From a virus (taxonomy: Duplodnaviria > Caudoviricetes), in the IMG/VR virus record IMGVR_UViG_3300042196_000013, positions 1 through 31,765 of that record: a stretch of DNA of 31,765 nucleotides; one strand, 5' to 3'. Each line of letters starts with the position of its first letter. Within the stretch, counting starts at the first letter, position 1. Below, in pieces: positions 8,113 through 17,604 of this stretch. The position numbers were made by a program, and so were the translations under genes. The notes under the pieces are model-generated. The model ran no database searches, had not been told where the DNA came from, and saw nothing but the letters and a program-made list of their open reading frames with translations.

Positions 8113-8910
8113 TTATCCAAGCTCTCCAACCCCGAATATTTGTTGCCCACCCAGGTTATAAGAAACATTCCCTGCTGTTTGCCATGCTGTTACCGGAGGA
8201 TGTGCGCAGCCAAGATATTCGCCATTCCTGATATTCACCCGCTCAATAATCCCGGTTGTTTCTGCGCCGTTTATGGCGATTGGGTAATCGGCACTATTTA
8301 TCCATGGGTCAATGATATTGATGTTGCGAGCCCCTGCAGCGCCAGACGGGTTAATAAGGAACCCGGCAGAGACAGGGCGGTCTATCTTGTAGTTCCTGAA
8401 CCACATATTTACTGCGTTCCCAGCCCCACCAACCCGAACCGCACTGAAATGCCCCTCAGTTAGAACCGCGTCCATATCGACGCTTTCAAATCCTTGCGCG
8501 GAAGCGCCAATGCGCTGCGCAACGGTAGCCTGTCCAGCGACTGCTGCCGTATGCTGAAGACCACGGCCCCATACGGCAGCGATAGATTCCAGTCTCAAAC
8601 TGTCACCTCGGCAGCAGTCGTAGACATCCTCCAGATAAAGCTGGATGCCGTTGCGCACCGTAATACCCGCAGCCTCCGCATAAATCTCCATCTCGGAAAA
8701 TTTCAGTTTGCGAAATCCATCTGCGACAATTCCCGCACAACGCAATGTCCCACCATGAATTACGGTCATGCCGCTCTGATTCCCAAGCCCGTCAGTTTGA
8801 TGAACCTGTAAAGTTTGGCCTGGCGCACTTAATACGCCTCGAATTTCGATATTAGGTTCCTGCGCGTTAATGGCTGCTTGCAGGTCTGAAAACGTGGAGA
8901 TGGTTATCAT
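8113..8910 (-). CDS. right-handed beta-helix-like protein (tailspike/depolymerase-like)
   Basis: LQAAINA N-terminal cap, repeated short beta strands with Asn/Gly turns (NVxIxN-like); lies in the tail fibre region. Confidence 0.55.
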   Translation of the reverse strand: MITISTFSDLQAAINAQEPNIEIRGVLSAPGQTLQVHQTDGLGNQSGMTVIHGGTLRCAGIVADGFRKLKFSEMEIYAEAAGITVRNGIQLYLEDVYDCCRGDSLRLESIAAVWGRGLQHTAAVAGQATVAQRIGASAQGFESVDMDAVLTEGHFSAVRVGGAGNAVNMWFRNYKIDRPVSAGFLINPSGAAGARNINIIDPWINSADYPIAINGAETTGIIERVNIRNGEYLGCAHPPVTAWQTAGNVSYNLGGQQIFGVGELG

Positions 8911-9077
8911 GAAATCTCACCATCATTTATGATGATTTCACCGTTTTGTATTGTTTTTTCTGCCTTGGCGATGGCTGTATAGTTGTCATCAGACAAAAGC
9001 ATGACGTCAGAGTGGATGTCGTTATTGTCTTGCCGCAGTTCAAATCGTCCATCGTTTAAGATAACGGCGTATTTCAT
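8907..9077 (-). CDS. 56-aa protein MKYAVILNDGRFELRQD..., possible fibre chaperone (not in ORF track)
   Basis: ATGA overlaps with both flanking genes; follows the fibre gene. Confidence 0.55.
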   Translation of the reverse strand: MKYAVILNDGRFELRQDNNDIHSDVMLLSDDNYTAIAKAEKTIQNGEIIINDGEIS

Positions 9078-9997
9078 CTCACCCTCCGTGCAGAAATGAT
9101 CCCGTATGCCGACAGCGTGGAAACGGTGAATGTTGATGTTGCGACAAGATAAACCGTCGTGGCTGTGCTTAAAGACAGCCGAGCTACTGGCAACGGGTAG
9201 AAAGAGGCATTACCTGCGGGAACCTGCGCTTCTGAGGCATGTCCGGCCAATCTCCCTGGCGACGTATCTATCGTCGCTGACGTAGTTGATATTGAACCTC
9301 TGGAAATCGTGATGCTGGTTGTTCCTGCCGGATTGAAAGCGGTAACTCCGGTGACATCCCAATCCCCAGCAGTAAGGGAAATGCTGGTTACATTCGCTGC
9401 GACTGTACTTGTTAGGGAAATCGCTGAGCCAACAGTAACGATACTTTCTACATACTCACCAACGTCACCAGCCGCTGCTGAATCGTTGGTATTGGTGCCT
9501 TTGATGTCAACGCCGCCTGTGGTGGAAAGTGCAGTCACGGCAGTTAGCGAAGTAATGTCAGAATTGGCCCCGGCCAAAGCTGGCAATGCGCTATCCCGCA
9601 TATACCAATTGCAGCGCCAGTTACCCGAGCCGAGCGACTCGAACTCTGCGGTATCGCCTGCCACGGTCACGATATTGGCATTGCTCGGCAGGAGCAGCGA
9701 GGTAGCGTGATAGGTCAACGTCAGCGCGCCGGAGAACAGCACGCGCTTGACGATGCCTGCCGATACCGTCCCCAGCCCGGTAATGGTGGTGGTGCCGGAA
9801 ATGGTCAGGCTTTCAGCAGACTTCGTGCCAAGGTCGCAGGTCGTCGCAGAAGCGATGGTGTCCTGCGTGTACAGGTAGCGCACCGCCGCCTGGATGGCGC
9901 GCATGTCCCCGACGATGGTTGCGCTGTCGGTGGTGTCCGGCTGGTTGGAGGCTTCGGTGGTTGACCACGAAGCAATGGAAGTGCCGATGTTTGCCAT
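9074..9997 (-). CDS. tail fibre-like virion protein
   Basis: Thr/Ser/Ala/Gly-rich; GANSDITSL motif typical of fibres; downstream of ejection genes. Confidence 0.65.
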   Translation of the reverse strand: MANIGTSIASWSTTEASNQPDTTDSATIVGDMRAIQAAVRYLYTQDTIASATTCDLGTKSAESLTISGTTTITGLGTVSAGIVKRVLFSGALTLTYHATSLLLPSNANIVTVAGDTAEFESLGSGNWRCNWYMRDSALPALAGANSDITSLTAVTALSTTGGVDIKGTNTNDSAAAGDVGEYVESIVTVGSAISLTSTVAANVTSISLTAGDWDVTGVTAFNPAGTTSITISRGSISTTSATIDTSPGRLAGHASEAQVPAGNASFYPLPVARLSLSTATTVYLVATSTFTVSTLSAYGIISARRVR

Positions 9998-10006
9998 TGT
10001 TGATCC

Positions 10007-10036
10007 TTGACGCGGAAATTAAAAAAGCCGCACAAT
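10007..10036 (+). promoter_or_regulatory. putative sigma70 promoter TTGACG-N18-CACAAT for the antisense 49-aa ORF
   Basis: -35 at 10007-10012 and -10 at 10031-10036; predicted +1 falls at about ATG 10044. Confidence 0.45.
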
Positions 10037-10043
10037 GGCGGCT
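10021..10043 (-). terminator. intrinsic terminator AGCCGC-CATTGT-GCGGCT plus U tract
   Basis: GC stem followed by a T run on the minus strand, between the last ejection gene and the fibre gene. Confidence 0.75.
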
Positions 10044-10193
10044 ATGGGTACTTTGTTATCTGCTATCGGGATCTATGCGGTGTTTTGCATAGCCGGGATT
10101 GGCTTGCTTGTCTGTTATGTTCTATTCCACGTGATAAAGTCGTTCATTGCTGAGTGTCGTAAAGCAAACCAAGACTACGCAAATCGTCGGTGA
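10044..10193 (+). CDS. 49-aa membrane peptide MGTLLSAIGIYAVFCIAGIGLLVCYVLFHVIKSFIAECRKANQDYANRR (moron-like; not in ORF track)
   Basis: Hand translation; long hydrophobic stretch and basic tail; antisense to the late operon with its own promoter-like sequence. Confidence 0.55.
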   Translation: MGTLLSAIGIYAVFCIAGIGLLVCYVLFHVIKSFIAECRKANQDYANRR

Positions 10194-11457
10194 GGGCATT
10201 CGCCGTTGATGCGGCATACGGCGCATATCGCAGCATGTTGTAGGGGTTTGAGGTCATCATTGCGGCAATGGGCGTTGTAACCGGCGATAGCGCCCAAGGC
10301 ACAAGCGACGTGTACTGATCGACCTTCCCGGTAGGCGAGCCTTCGGCCCATCGTGGATAGGCTTTCTGCGCGGACGCAATATCCGCAATCGGTCCCGGCA
10401 TCTTCCCTTGCTTCGCCGTTTTACCAAACTTCTGGAAGAATGCATTTGTCAGCAATGGCGCAGATACGTTGCCGGTTTCAGGATTGACGACATTCCCCTT
10501 TTGCAAAATGTCCATGGTTGAGAATGCCTTGTCGTTGGCTTTCCAAGCCTCTCCCTCGCTTCCGCGTGCGGCATCATCGAGCGCATTCACAACTTCTTTG
10601 TAAGCATCCCCGAGTTTGGCCTTGCCGCCCTTGTAAGCGGTGTCCATTGCCCCGCGCAGGTCGGTGCGCCAGATTTGGTACTGTTCCCCGTTGATGCTGT
10701 TGGAGGAAATGCCATGCTTGACTCGCTCCATATCGCTATTGAATGCGCCGTTCCCGCGCAAACTTTTTTTAAGATTCATCGCCGCTTTATTGATTGCGGA
10801 GATAACGCCTTTGTCGCCTTTCGGTATATTCACGCTTTCGCGCAATACATCCCGCTCCGATCCTAGCCGCGCTTCCGCATTGGCAAGAAGTTCTCCGGTA
10901 ACGCGGTCTGCTTTTTCGCCAATAGACTTAGCTGCTGCCGTGTTAATGCCGGATTGGTTTCTGGCGTCATTGGCCCCCATCACCCAACCGCTACCAGGCA
11001 TGCGGCGCAAGGTATCTTCCATCTGCATCAGGGCCGGACTGTTAGTACGCTGCCCCCATGTCGGATTTACCCCCACCCGAGCCGCTGCATTGCTTGCCTT
11101 GCTGCCAGAAACAACCGCAGGCATGCGGCCAGAAATGAACTTGCCTGCGGCTAGCCCAGCCAAATCTGGAGACATTTTTACCAGCGTCGCCAATGCGGGC
11201 GAGTTGGTGGCGTCCATGGTCTTGTCGGCCAGATAATCAGTGCCTTTGCGGACGTATTCATTCCCTTTTTCGTTGGCGGTTTGCAGCATGCCGAGCGGGG
11301 TTATGCGGTATGCAAAATCCAGCGCCTTGTCGGCCATGCCAACCATGGGGCCAATCCCGCTGCTTTCTGGGGCGGCATCTTCCCACTTGACCATGCGCGG
11401 GTCGATGCCGGAACTCTCCGGCGCATCCCACTTAACCATCTTCGGGTCAATTGGCAT
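10144..11457 (-). CDS. internal virion/DNA ejection protein (large)
   Basis: Ala/Gly/Lys-rich helical protein in the position of podovirus ejection genes; N-terminal IDPxMVKW repeat; start taken at MPIDPK. Confidence 0.65.
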   Translation of the reverse strand: MPIDPKMVKWDAPESSGIDPRMVKWEDAAPESSGIGPMVGMADKALDFAYRITPLGMLQTANEKGNEYVRKGTDYLADKTMDATNSPALATLVKMSPDLAGLAAGKFISGRMPAVVSGSKASNAAARVGVNPTWGQRTNSPALMQMEDTLRRMPGSGWVMGANDARNQSGINTAAAKSIGEKADRVTGELLANAEARLGSERDVLRESVNIPKGDKGVISAINKAAMNLKKSLRGNGAFNSDMERVKHGISSNSINGEQYQIWRTDLRGAMDTAYKGGKAKLGDAYKEVVNALDDAARGSEGEAWKANDKAFSTMDILQKGNVVNPETGNVSAPLLTNAFFQKFGKTAKQGKMPGPIADIASAQKAYPRWAEGSPTGKVDQYTSLVPWALSPVTTPIAAMMTSNPYNMLRYAPYAASTANALTDDLRSLGLLYDTQQ

Positions 11458-12703
11458 AATCAACGCTCCCATCGGAATACTGGATAACCTTTCGTCCCTT
11501 GTACGTTCCGGTCTTTACAGCGGTGCGGGCCGTAGCGGGTGTTGCTGGTTGCGTGGATTCTGCTTTGTCGTACTTGCGCCAAAGCTTTTCAACTGCTTGG
11601 AGCGCCGAAATCCTGCGCTTGAGCGGCAACGATGGATTGCCGACATCCCCGGCCATGCGCTGATAGTTCTCAACGTCGAAGTTCGATTGTGGGCCTTCCA
11701 TGCGCGGCATCTTGGCGACCAATGCCCCGCCGATGGCTTTCAGCTTGTCCGCTTCCGCCGCGCCGTCAGGTGACACGCCAAACGATGCGCCCACCGCGTC
11801 CACCACATTACCGAAGCTGCTATGCGTTGGTGCGGTCGGACCTGTCAGGATGGTCTTTGCTTCGTCGATGATGGACCCGATGCCGCTGATGTTGGCTTCT
11901 TTCTTGGCCGTGCCCTCTGCGGTTACTTTATCCGCCGCCTTTTCTGCGGCAGTTGGCACGCGAATACCGGGCCTGCCGCGAGAAGGCGGCAACACGGCAA
12001 CGGATGCGTCCGTCATCGTGCCTTCGTGCTGGTCGGTTGCGGTGGTGCCTGGAGCGCCCCACGTTACCGGATAGGGAGTGCTAAATCCTGGCATCCCGCC
12101 AGCACGTGCGGCCAGCTGTGCTTCGGTCTGAATAACGCCTTCTTCCATGTCAGTAGGCTTGGCCCCAGCCTTGGCCCATGCTTCAGCGCCTGCGACGTTG
12201 CCGCGCACCATCGGGGAATCGGTTGATTTCACAACGGGGCGCCCATCAGGGCCGGCAATGATCTGGAATTTGCCGGAACGGTTGTCGAAGCTGCCGATGC
12301 CTTGCTCGGTAGGGATGGGCGTAAAGAACGGGTCAACCCCATTGGCTTGCGGGTACAAGGCCTTGAAAGCCGCCTTCGGGTCTACCCTGAACATGTCTGC
12401 CATCGCTGGATTGGCAGACACGGCGCGGTTAATGGCGTCCTGTTCTTGCTGATACTTGGTTTTCTCGAACCCGAACTTTTCCTTTTCCATGCCGAACTCC
12501 TGCGTCTGCATCTCCTGCTGCTGTTGCAGCATCTTCTGCCGCTGCTGGGCCTGCATCATCTGCTGATAGTTCTGCATGCCGCCCATCAATCCTTGCCCGA
12601 GGTCGCCCGGTCTGCCGGTATTCCCCGCCAGTATGCCTAGTCCCATGTTGAGCAGGCCCATGGTCTTGGGGTCGTTAAAATCGATGTTATCAAGCAATCC
12701 CAT
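11447..12703 (-). CDS. internal virion/DNA ejection protein
   Basis: MGLLD...GLL..GLGILAG, Gln-rich coiled coil; typical podovirus DNA-transfer protein composition and position. Confidence 0.65.
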   Translation of the reverse strand: MGLLDNIDFNDPKTMGLLNMGLGILAGNTGRPGDLGQGLMGGMQNYQQMMQAQQRQKMLQQQQEMQTQEFGMEKEKFGFEKTKYQQEQDAINRAVSANPAMADMFRVDPKAAFKALYPQANGVDPFFTPIPTEQGIGSFDNRSGKFQIIAGPDGRPVVKSTDSPMVRGNVAGAEAWAKAGAKPTDMEEGVIQTEAQLAARAGGMPGFSTPYPVTWGAPGTTATDQHEGTMTDASVAVLPPSRGRPGIRVPTAAEKAADKVTAEGTAKKEANISGIGSIIDEAKTILTGPTAPTHSSFGNVVDAVGASFGVSPDGAAEADKLKAIGGALVAKMPRMEGPQSNFDVENYQRMAGDVGNPSLPLKRRISALQAVEKLWRKYDKAESTQPATPATARTAVKTGTYKGRKVIQYSDGSVDYAN

Positions 12704-13355
12704 AGCGCCTCCGCAGTTCCTGCTTCTGTTCTTCGGTCAATTGGATGCCGCCGCTGATCGTTTGCCCGTAAGGCAATTGCGCGGTGGTTTCCGGTTGCGA
12801 GCGCGGGCCTTGAATATTCGGCGGGCGAGAGACTTGCTGCTGCCCTTGCGGCTGGCCCATGTTCAGCATGCGCATTGGGTTCATCTTTTTCATGAAGTCC
12901 CATTCCCCCGGCATCAATTCATTGCCAAATCGTTGCAAGCCGTTCAGCGAGTCATAGCCTCCGGTAAACGAGTTCGGCGTCATGCCGGAGGCTTCCAGTT
13001 TCAGCCCGACTGATCCATCGGCCATTTCGGCCATGTTCGGGCCGAAGGGAAGCGGGGCTTCCGAACTCAGCAGGCCCGGCAATGCAGATTCGCCAGCGGC
13101 AGCCGCGCCGGCCCCAAGTAAGCCTTGCCCACCAGCGGCCCCCGCTGCGATCATATCCGCCGAGCCGAATGCGCCACCAAGCGCCGCCCCGCTGCCAGCT
13201 GCGCCCGCTCCTGCAGCTCCTGCTCCAGCAGCCCCGGCGCCTGCGCCGGCAGCGCCAGCCCCCAATGCCCCGCCAGCGCCAAGCGCGCCGATTGCGTAGG
13301 GCGCAGCAACCGCCAGCGCGAGCGGGGCGATTGTCTCGATCATATTTTTGCCCAT
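12690..13355 (-). CDS. Gly/Ala-rich internal virion protein
   Basis: Long GAGAA repeats after a hydrophobic N-terminus; in the ejection gene cluster. Confidence 0.6.
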   Translation of the reverse strand: MGKNMIETIAPLALAVAAPYAIGALGAGGALGAGAAGAGAGAAGAGAAGAGAAGSGAALGGAFGSADMIAAGAAGGQGLLGAGAAAAGESALPGLLSSEAPLPFGPNMAEMADGSVGLKLEASGMTPNSFTGGYDSLNGLQRFGNELMPGEWDFMKKMNPMRMLNMGQPQGQQQVSRPPNIQGPRSQPETTAQLPYGQTISGGIQLTEEQKQELRRRYGIA

Positions 13356-13903
13356 TATTTAATCCCCATGCTGGTCGTGTAAGTGCTGGTGCCGGATGCC
13401 TTATCGCCGCCAAGCAAGGCATGGCTGGCATCGAATGCCCCGCCGACGGCCCCTTGCAAGCCTTGGATGGTTTGCAGGTAAGGAGCGGTTTTGCCTGCGG
13501 GCGTCACGGTTCGCGGTTGCGCTGGTTGCTGCGGCGCAGACGGTTGCACGGGCGAGAGAGAGGCCATGCCGGGGAACCCGCTTTGCGTTACGCCGAACGG
13601 CGGCAGATTGGCGTTGCCGCCCATTTGCCCGATCTTCTGCGCGTAGGCGTCCATCATCCACTGCGGGGTCTGCATGTTGCCCATGCCGCTCAATTGCTGC
13701 TGCGTGGTCGCGTTTGGGGTGAACGGCTGCCGATTAAATTGCTGCGGCTGCGTTTGTTGCGCCTGATTCGGTCCGTTGTTCATCCATGTAACTTTTTTAT
13801 TAATCAAACCATCAGGCCCGGATGCAAATGCGGGCGCGGATATTCCTGTCACGGTGTAATACTGTTGTTTTTCTGGGTCGAAAAATACTTGTCCTGATGC
13901 CAT
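13355..13903 (-). CDS. Gln/Pro/Gly-rich putative virion protein
   Basis: AAGGAGG RBS; TAATG overlap with the next gene. Confidence 0.6.
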   Translation of the reverse strand: MASGQVFFDPEKQQYYTVTGISAPAFASGPDGLINKKVTWMNNGPNQAQQTQPQQFNRQPFTPNATTQQQLSGMGNMQTPQWMMDAYAQKIGQMGGNANLPPFGVTQSGFPGMASLSPVQPSAPQQPAQPRTVTPAGKTAPYLQTIQGLQGAVGGAFDASHALLGGDKASGTSTYTTSMGIK

Positions 13904-13912
13904 ATGTCCTCC

Positions 13913-14818
13913 TTAGAGTAACAGTCCGCCAAGCCCGCCCAGCGCCGCACCGCCCATGCCGCCCATGGCATAACCGGCCATGCCGCCGCCCAATGCCGAA
14001 GCAAACGGGGATGGCTTGTAGCCGCCTGATTGCGAGGTCGAGGAAGAACCCCCGGCCCCCATGGTGGCGCGCATCTGGTTGCCGAAGAAATCCAGCGACG
14101 AGCGCGGGTAGTTCTGCGCTTCCTGCCAATCTCCGTATTGGGTATTCAGCAAGTCCTGCTGGTACTGGCGGAAGTTGTCGCCCACCGCGCTCAGTTTCTG
14201 CGCGTCGGTGTAGCCGATGCTCTGCATCTGCGGCAGCATGTTCAAGCCCTGCATCTGGTTATTACGCTCGTTCATGTAGTTCTGGCCGTAGAACTGGTTG
14301 GCCGCCGCACCAAGCGAGTCGCCCAGTTGTCGCTCGTTGTTGCCCACCATCTGCTGCCATGCCGACCCGCCGAACGCGCCAGCACGTGAAGCGGCGGCGT
14401 CGGTCTGCGGTTTCGTTCCCGAGCGGTAGGCGTTGGAAATATCGCCCATCGCTTTCTGCGCATTCGCGGCCAACCAAGGATTGCTATCCGGGCTCATGAA
14501 ATCGCCGCGCATAGTCGCCTGGTAGTTGCCCATGGCGTCACCTTGCCCTTGGAAGCCGTTCAGGGCTTGCGCCGAGGTCAGCCCCGCCCCCATGTACTGC
14601 TCAGGGGATAGATCGGCAATGCGTTGCCCCTGATAGGTTTCATAGGGCGTTTGCGAAATGCCCCATGCCTGGTCCATATACGGCTTCATGTACGGCTTAA
14701 CCTCTGCCGCGGGCTCCATCTTGGTCGTCGAGGTGCTGCTGCCGCCGCCGCCTGAGCCGCCGCCGTGGAAAGTAAAAAGCCCGCATAAAGCGGGCAGGAA
14801 TTTGTGCAGTGTGATCAT
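13913..14818 (-). CDS. ejection/pilot-like virion protein
   Basis: Gly/Ser-rich N-terminal stretch, NPWL and GAFGGS motifs, C-terminal GGAALGGLGGLL hydrophobic tail. Confidence 0.65.
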   Translation of the reverse strand: MITLHKFLPALCGLFTFHGGGSGGGGSSTSTTKMEPAAEVKPYMKPYMDQAWGISQTPYETYQGQRIADLSPEQYMGAGLTSAQALNGFQGQGDAMGNYQATMRGDFMSPDSNPWLAANAQKAMGDISNAYRSGTKPQTDAAASRAGAFGGSAWQQMVGNNERQLGDSLGAAANQFYGQNYMNERNNQMQGLNMLPQMQSIGYTDAQKLSAVGDNFRQYQQDLLNTQYGDWQEAQNYPRSSLDFFGNQMRATMGAGGSSSTSQSGGYKPSPFASALGGGMAGYAMGGMGGAALGGLGGLLL

Positions 14819-14826
14819 AATTTCAC

Positions 14827-15228
14827 CTAGATGGTTATCTCGTACTCAACATGGCCGAACGCATAGCCCAACTGCTCGGCGCGTTTGGCCCAGCCCTGCC
14901 GCTTGCTTTGAAACTTAATGCGCTTCGCCCCCATGCTCTTGCCGATGCGTTTCACTTCGTCGAAAGCCTCGTCCATCACGTCATGCCCCGGCACGATGTA
15001 GGCAGCAAACACGAATAACTCCGGGCCGTCCCAGCCGCGCGTCGGTTGCAACAAAACGAACCCTTCGCGGTCGTTGACGATGTGCAGGCTGAAGCCGTTG
15101 CTCTTGATGCCGTGGTAAACATCTTCCACCAGCCAGCGGTCGGTCGCCCGGTCGTGAATTCGGGTGAGCCCTTCCTTGATGAACGGCCACACGTCATATA
15201 GAGCGTCAGGATGTACGTAATGAAGCAT
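14827..15228 (-). CDS. GNAT-fold-like tail assembly protein
   Basis: VKRIGKSMGAKRIKFQSKRQGWAK...LGY pattern; lies between nozzle and ejection genes as in podoviruses. Confidence 0.55.
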   Translation of the reverse strand: MLHYVHPDALYDVWPFIKEGLTRIHDRATDRWLVEDVYHGIKSNGFSLHIVNDREGFVLLQPTRGWDGPELFVFAAYIVPGHDVMDEAFDEVKRIGKSMGAKRIKFQSKRQGWAKRAEQLGYAFGHVEYEITI

Positions 15229-15545
15229 CAATTCCCCGTTAAACTTCTGCATTCAAGCCAAGTACCTGGCGTGCCGGCTACCGTGCATATCCAGCCCGTC
15301 ACCACGTATTTCGAAAGCGCCGCCCCTGCCTCTGCCGGGGTGCTGTTGCGCACAAAGTCGCCCTTGTTCCAACTGCCAGACGTGGGCGCTGCGGTGTAGG
15401 AGGCATGCGCGGTGATATGCCCATCCGACAAGGCGTTGACCTGTTGCGCAATGGGCCGCAGCACGTCATACAGGCGCGTCACCAGTTGTTGCACATAGCC
15501 AGCGGGAGGGTTCTGCGGCAGGCGTGGGTCGGATTGAAGTTTCAT
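15228..15545 (-). CDS. putative virion protein (needle/short fibre position)
   Basis: Short helix then APTSGSWNKGDFVRNSTP...GWICTVAGTPGTW fibre-type motif. Confidence 0.55.
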   Translation of the reverse strand: MKLQSDPRLPQNPPAGYVQQLVTRLYDVLRPIAQQVNALSDGHITAHASYTAAPTSGSWNKGDFVRNSTPAEAGAALSKYVVTGWICTVAGTPGTWLECRSLTGN

Positions 15546-16981
15546 TCGTACCCACCTGGGACAAGGTGATAACTCTGCCCCACCACTTCCACATCGCCCA
15601 CGTAATCCGTCTTGAATTTGTGCCAGCGCGCATCCCGCATCACGTCGAACCGGCCTGAATTCATGGCAATGGTGGCGTCGGTGGTGTAGCTCGCCCCATC
15701 GGTCATGCGATAGTAGTTGGTCATGGTGCCGCTGGTGGGATCGTTCACGAAGCGCGGCTGCACACGAGAAATCATGGTCAACTGCATGTCGTCGCCAATC
15801 GCCCCGCTGGTGAGGCTTGATGTCAGACTAGGGCCGGTCAGTGTGCCGAGCGTGTGCGTCGTGTCAAAAACCGCCATATTCGGCGTTGTCGCCGTCCAGA
15901 AGGGGGAGCCGTAAGACACGTCAGGGAATGCGTCATACGTGGGATAGTCCGTTTCCAGCCCTGCATAGGTGGTCGCGCCTGTCAGGTATTCCAAGCACAC
16001 TTCAACGCTGCGATTTGCCCTGCCCCATTTCCGGCTCTTGTAGTTGAACACAATGCAGGAGTCGAGGTTTCCGGTTGACGCAATGGAAGGGTAATACCAA
16101 TAGATCAGAGAATTTTGCTTGTCATGAACTCCACGGATCTTGTAGGCCAACTCAATGCTCAAATCCGCATAGAACCATTCACGAATGCCGTCGCCGATCG
16201 GTTGCGGGCGCGAACCGTCGAACAGGTAAATATCAGATGGGCCGATAAAGAAATGTGCGGTTTCTACCGAAACAATAGACTCCTGCGAAAACGTGCCGAT
16301 CTCCCCCGAAATGAGGTTAAACCCCCACAACGTAGGCGGGCCGTTGTTGACGCCAAGATAGAGCGAGTTTTCTTTGTAGGCCACGGCATACTGTCCGAGC
16401 CGTTTCAACGCGGTAATCGCCCCTGGCGTGTCCAGCAGGCGCAGGTTGCCGCACTGGGTCGCTATGTCCGCAGTCCAATCGGTGTAATCCAGATAGGCCG
16501 ACCAGTACACCCCATCTAGGACCGCGCTGCCGGTGTTGTAGTTGCCGACCATCACGAACCCGCCCACCGTATCAATGACCAAGGCTTTCGGTGCGCCGGA
16601 CAGTGCCGAGAAATCCCCGGTCGATACGCTCTTCTGCGTGGCATCGGTCAGATTAACCGCAATGGTCACATCCCCGAACTGGGCGAAGCGCCAGACGGAA
16701 TCCGCCGACCCGGTATAGTCTCCCACCGCTGACACATCGCCCCAAACGCTTGAGGCGTATTCGTACAGCTTGGTTTGCGTGCCAGCGAATAGCCTGGTCG
16801 TTCCGTCCAGTTTGACTACGTAAGTAGCCCCACGACAGGCGGCAGCCAGGGCCGGAGTCTCCAGAATCACCGAAGGCGCGCCCTTGTAGCCTCTGAGGCT
16901 GGGCAGCATCATGGTGCAATCGGTGATAACGCCTTCCGAGTGGTCGTCAGCGTCCGGGAAAAATCCGCTAAATGGAATCAT
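15542..16981 (-). CDS. tail nozzle/packaged-DNA stabilisation protein (P22 gp10-like position)
   Basis: 479 aa beta-rich, propeller-like sequence following the adaptor gene. Confidence 0.7.
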   Translation of the reverse strand: MIPFSGFFPDADDHSEGVITDCTMMLPSLRGYKGAPSVILETPALAAACRGATYVVKLDGTTRLFAGTQTKLYEYASSVWGDVSAVGDYTGSADSVWRFAQFGDVTIAVNLTDATQKSVSTGDFSALSGAPKALVIDTVGGFVMVGNYNTGSAVLDGVYWSAYLDYTDWTADIATQCGNLRLLDTPGAITALKRLGQYAVAYKENSLYLGVNNGPPTLWGFNLISGEIGTFSQESIVSVETAHFFIGPSDIYLFDGSRPQPIGDGIREWFYADLSIELAYKIRGVHDKQNSLIYWYYPSIASTGNLDSCIVFNYKSRKWGRANRSVEVCLEYLTGATTYAGLETDYPTYDAFPDVSYGSPFWTATTPNMAVFDTTHTLGTLTGPSLTSSLTSGAIGDDMQLTMISRVQPRFVNDPTSGTMTNYYRMTDGASYTTDATIAMNSGRFDVMRDARWHKFKTDYVGDVEVVGQSYHLVPGGYE

Positions 16982-17604
16982 TGGTCGTTCAGGATGTTGG
17001 AGTTGTGCGACAAGCGAATATCCGTCCTAAGCGATTGCAGGCTGCGCTTGCTTTGGCTGTTAAGCTCGCTAATCGCCTCGTTCAGTTCTGCTTTCCACAT
17101 CGGAAAGCGGTTGTCGTTTTTCACATAACGCTCGGCATTGACCAGCGCCGCGAACAGGTAAATGTCCGGGGCGGTGGTCAATAGCGTATTGGTGGCATCT
17201 GCCGCGATGTCCAGCCGCTTGTAGTGGCGCAGGGTGTAGCTGTACGCGGAATCGGCCACGCGCTCGAAGTCAATGCGCGATGAGATACGGTAATAGTCCG
17301 GATGCCCTGCGGTGGCGTTGCTGGCTGCGCGCTCCAGACTGTCCGAAGATAGCGGTTGCACCGTGTCACCGATGTCATCGGTAAAGCTGATGGCCTCAAG
17401 ATAGCCGGTCGGCAGCGCGACATAGCGCACGGACTGGCTCGGCGTGATGGTGGACGATTCTTCCATGGCCTTGATGCGCAGTTTGCGGTTCAGCCGTGCT
17501 TCGCCCAAGGTAATGAAGTCTGCCGCCATGCCGGTGAGGTCGGCGCGATGCGGCCAGGTCGCAGATACCGCCGACAGCAGTTCCGTGTAGTTGTCGATGC
17601 TCAT
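16978..17604 (-). CDS. head-tail adaptor protein
   Basis: YTELLSAV...FITLGEARLNRKLR...NTLLTTAPDIYLFAAL pattern of podovirus adaptors. Confidence 0.75.
   Translation of the reverse strand: MSIDNYTELLSAVSATWPHRADLTGMAADFITLGEARLNRKLRIKAMEESSTITPSQSVRYVALPTGYLEAISFTDDIGDTVQPLSSDSLERAASNATAGHPDYYRISSRIDFERVADSAYSYTLRHYKRLDIAADATNTLLTTAPDIYLFAALVNAERYVKNDNRFPMWKAELNEAISELNSQSKRSLQSLRTDIRLSHNSNILNDQ

Noticed and set aside
8113-9997. Diversity-generating retroelement or invertase-based fibre switching
   Set aside because: No reverse transcriptase, template/variable repeat pair or invertase seen in the window.
11350-11457. Tandem repeat at the start of the large ejection gene (IDPKMVKWDAPESSG/IDPRMVKWEDAAPESSG)
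   Set aside because: Short N-terminal peptide repeats are common in podovirus internal proteins; no separate function evident.
13180-13290. GC-rich low-complexity repeats
   Set aside because: They encode the GAGAA repeats of an ejection protein; not a DNA-level element.
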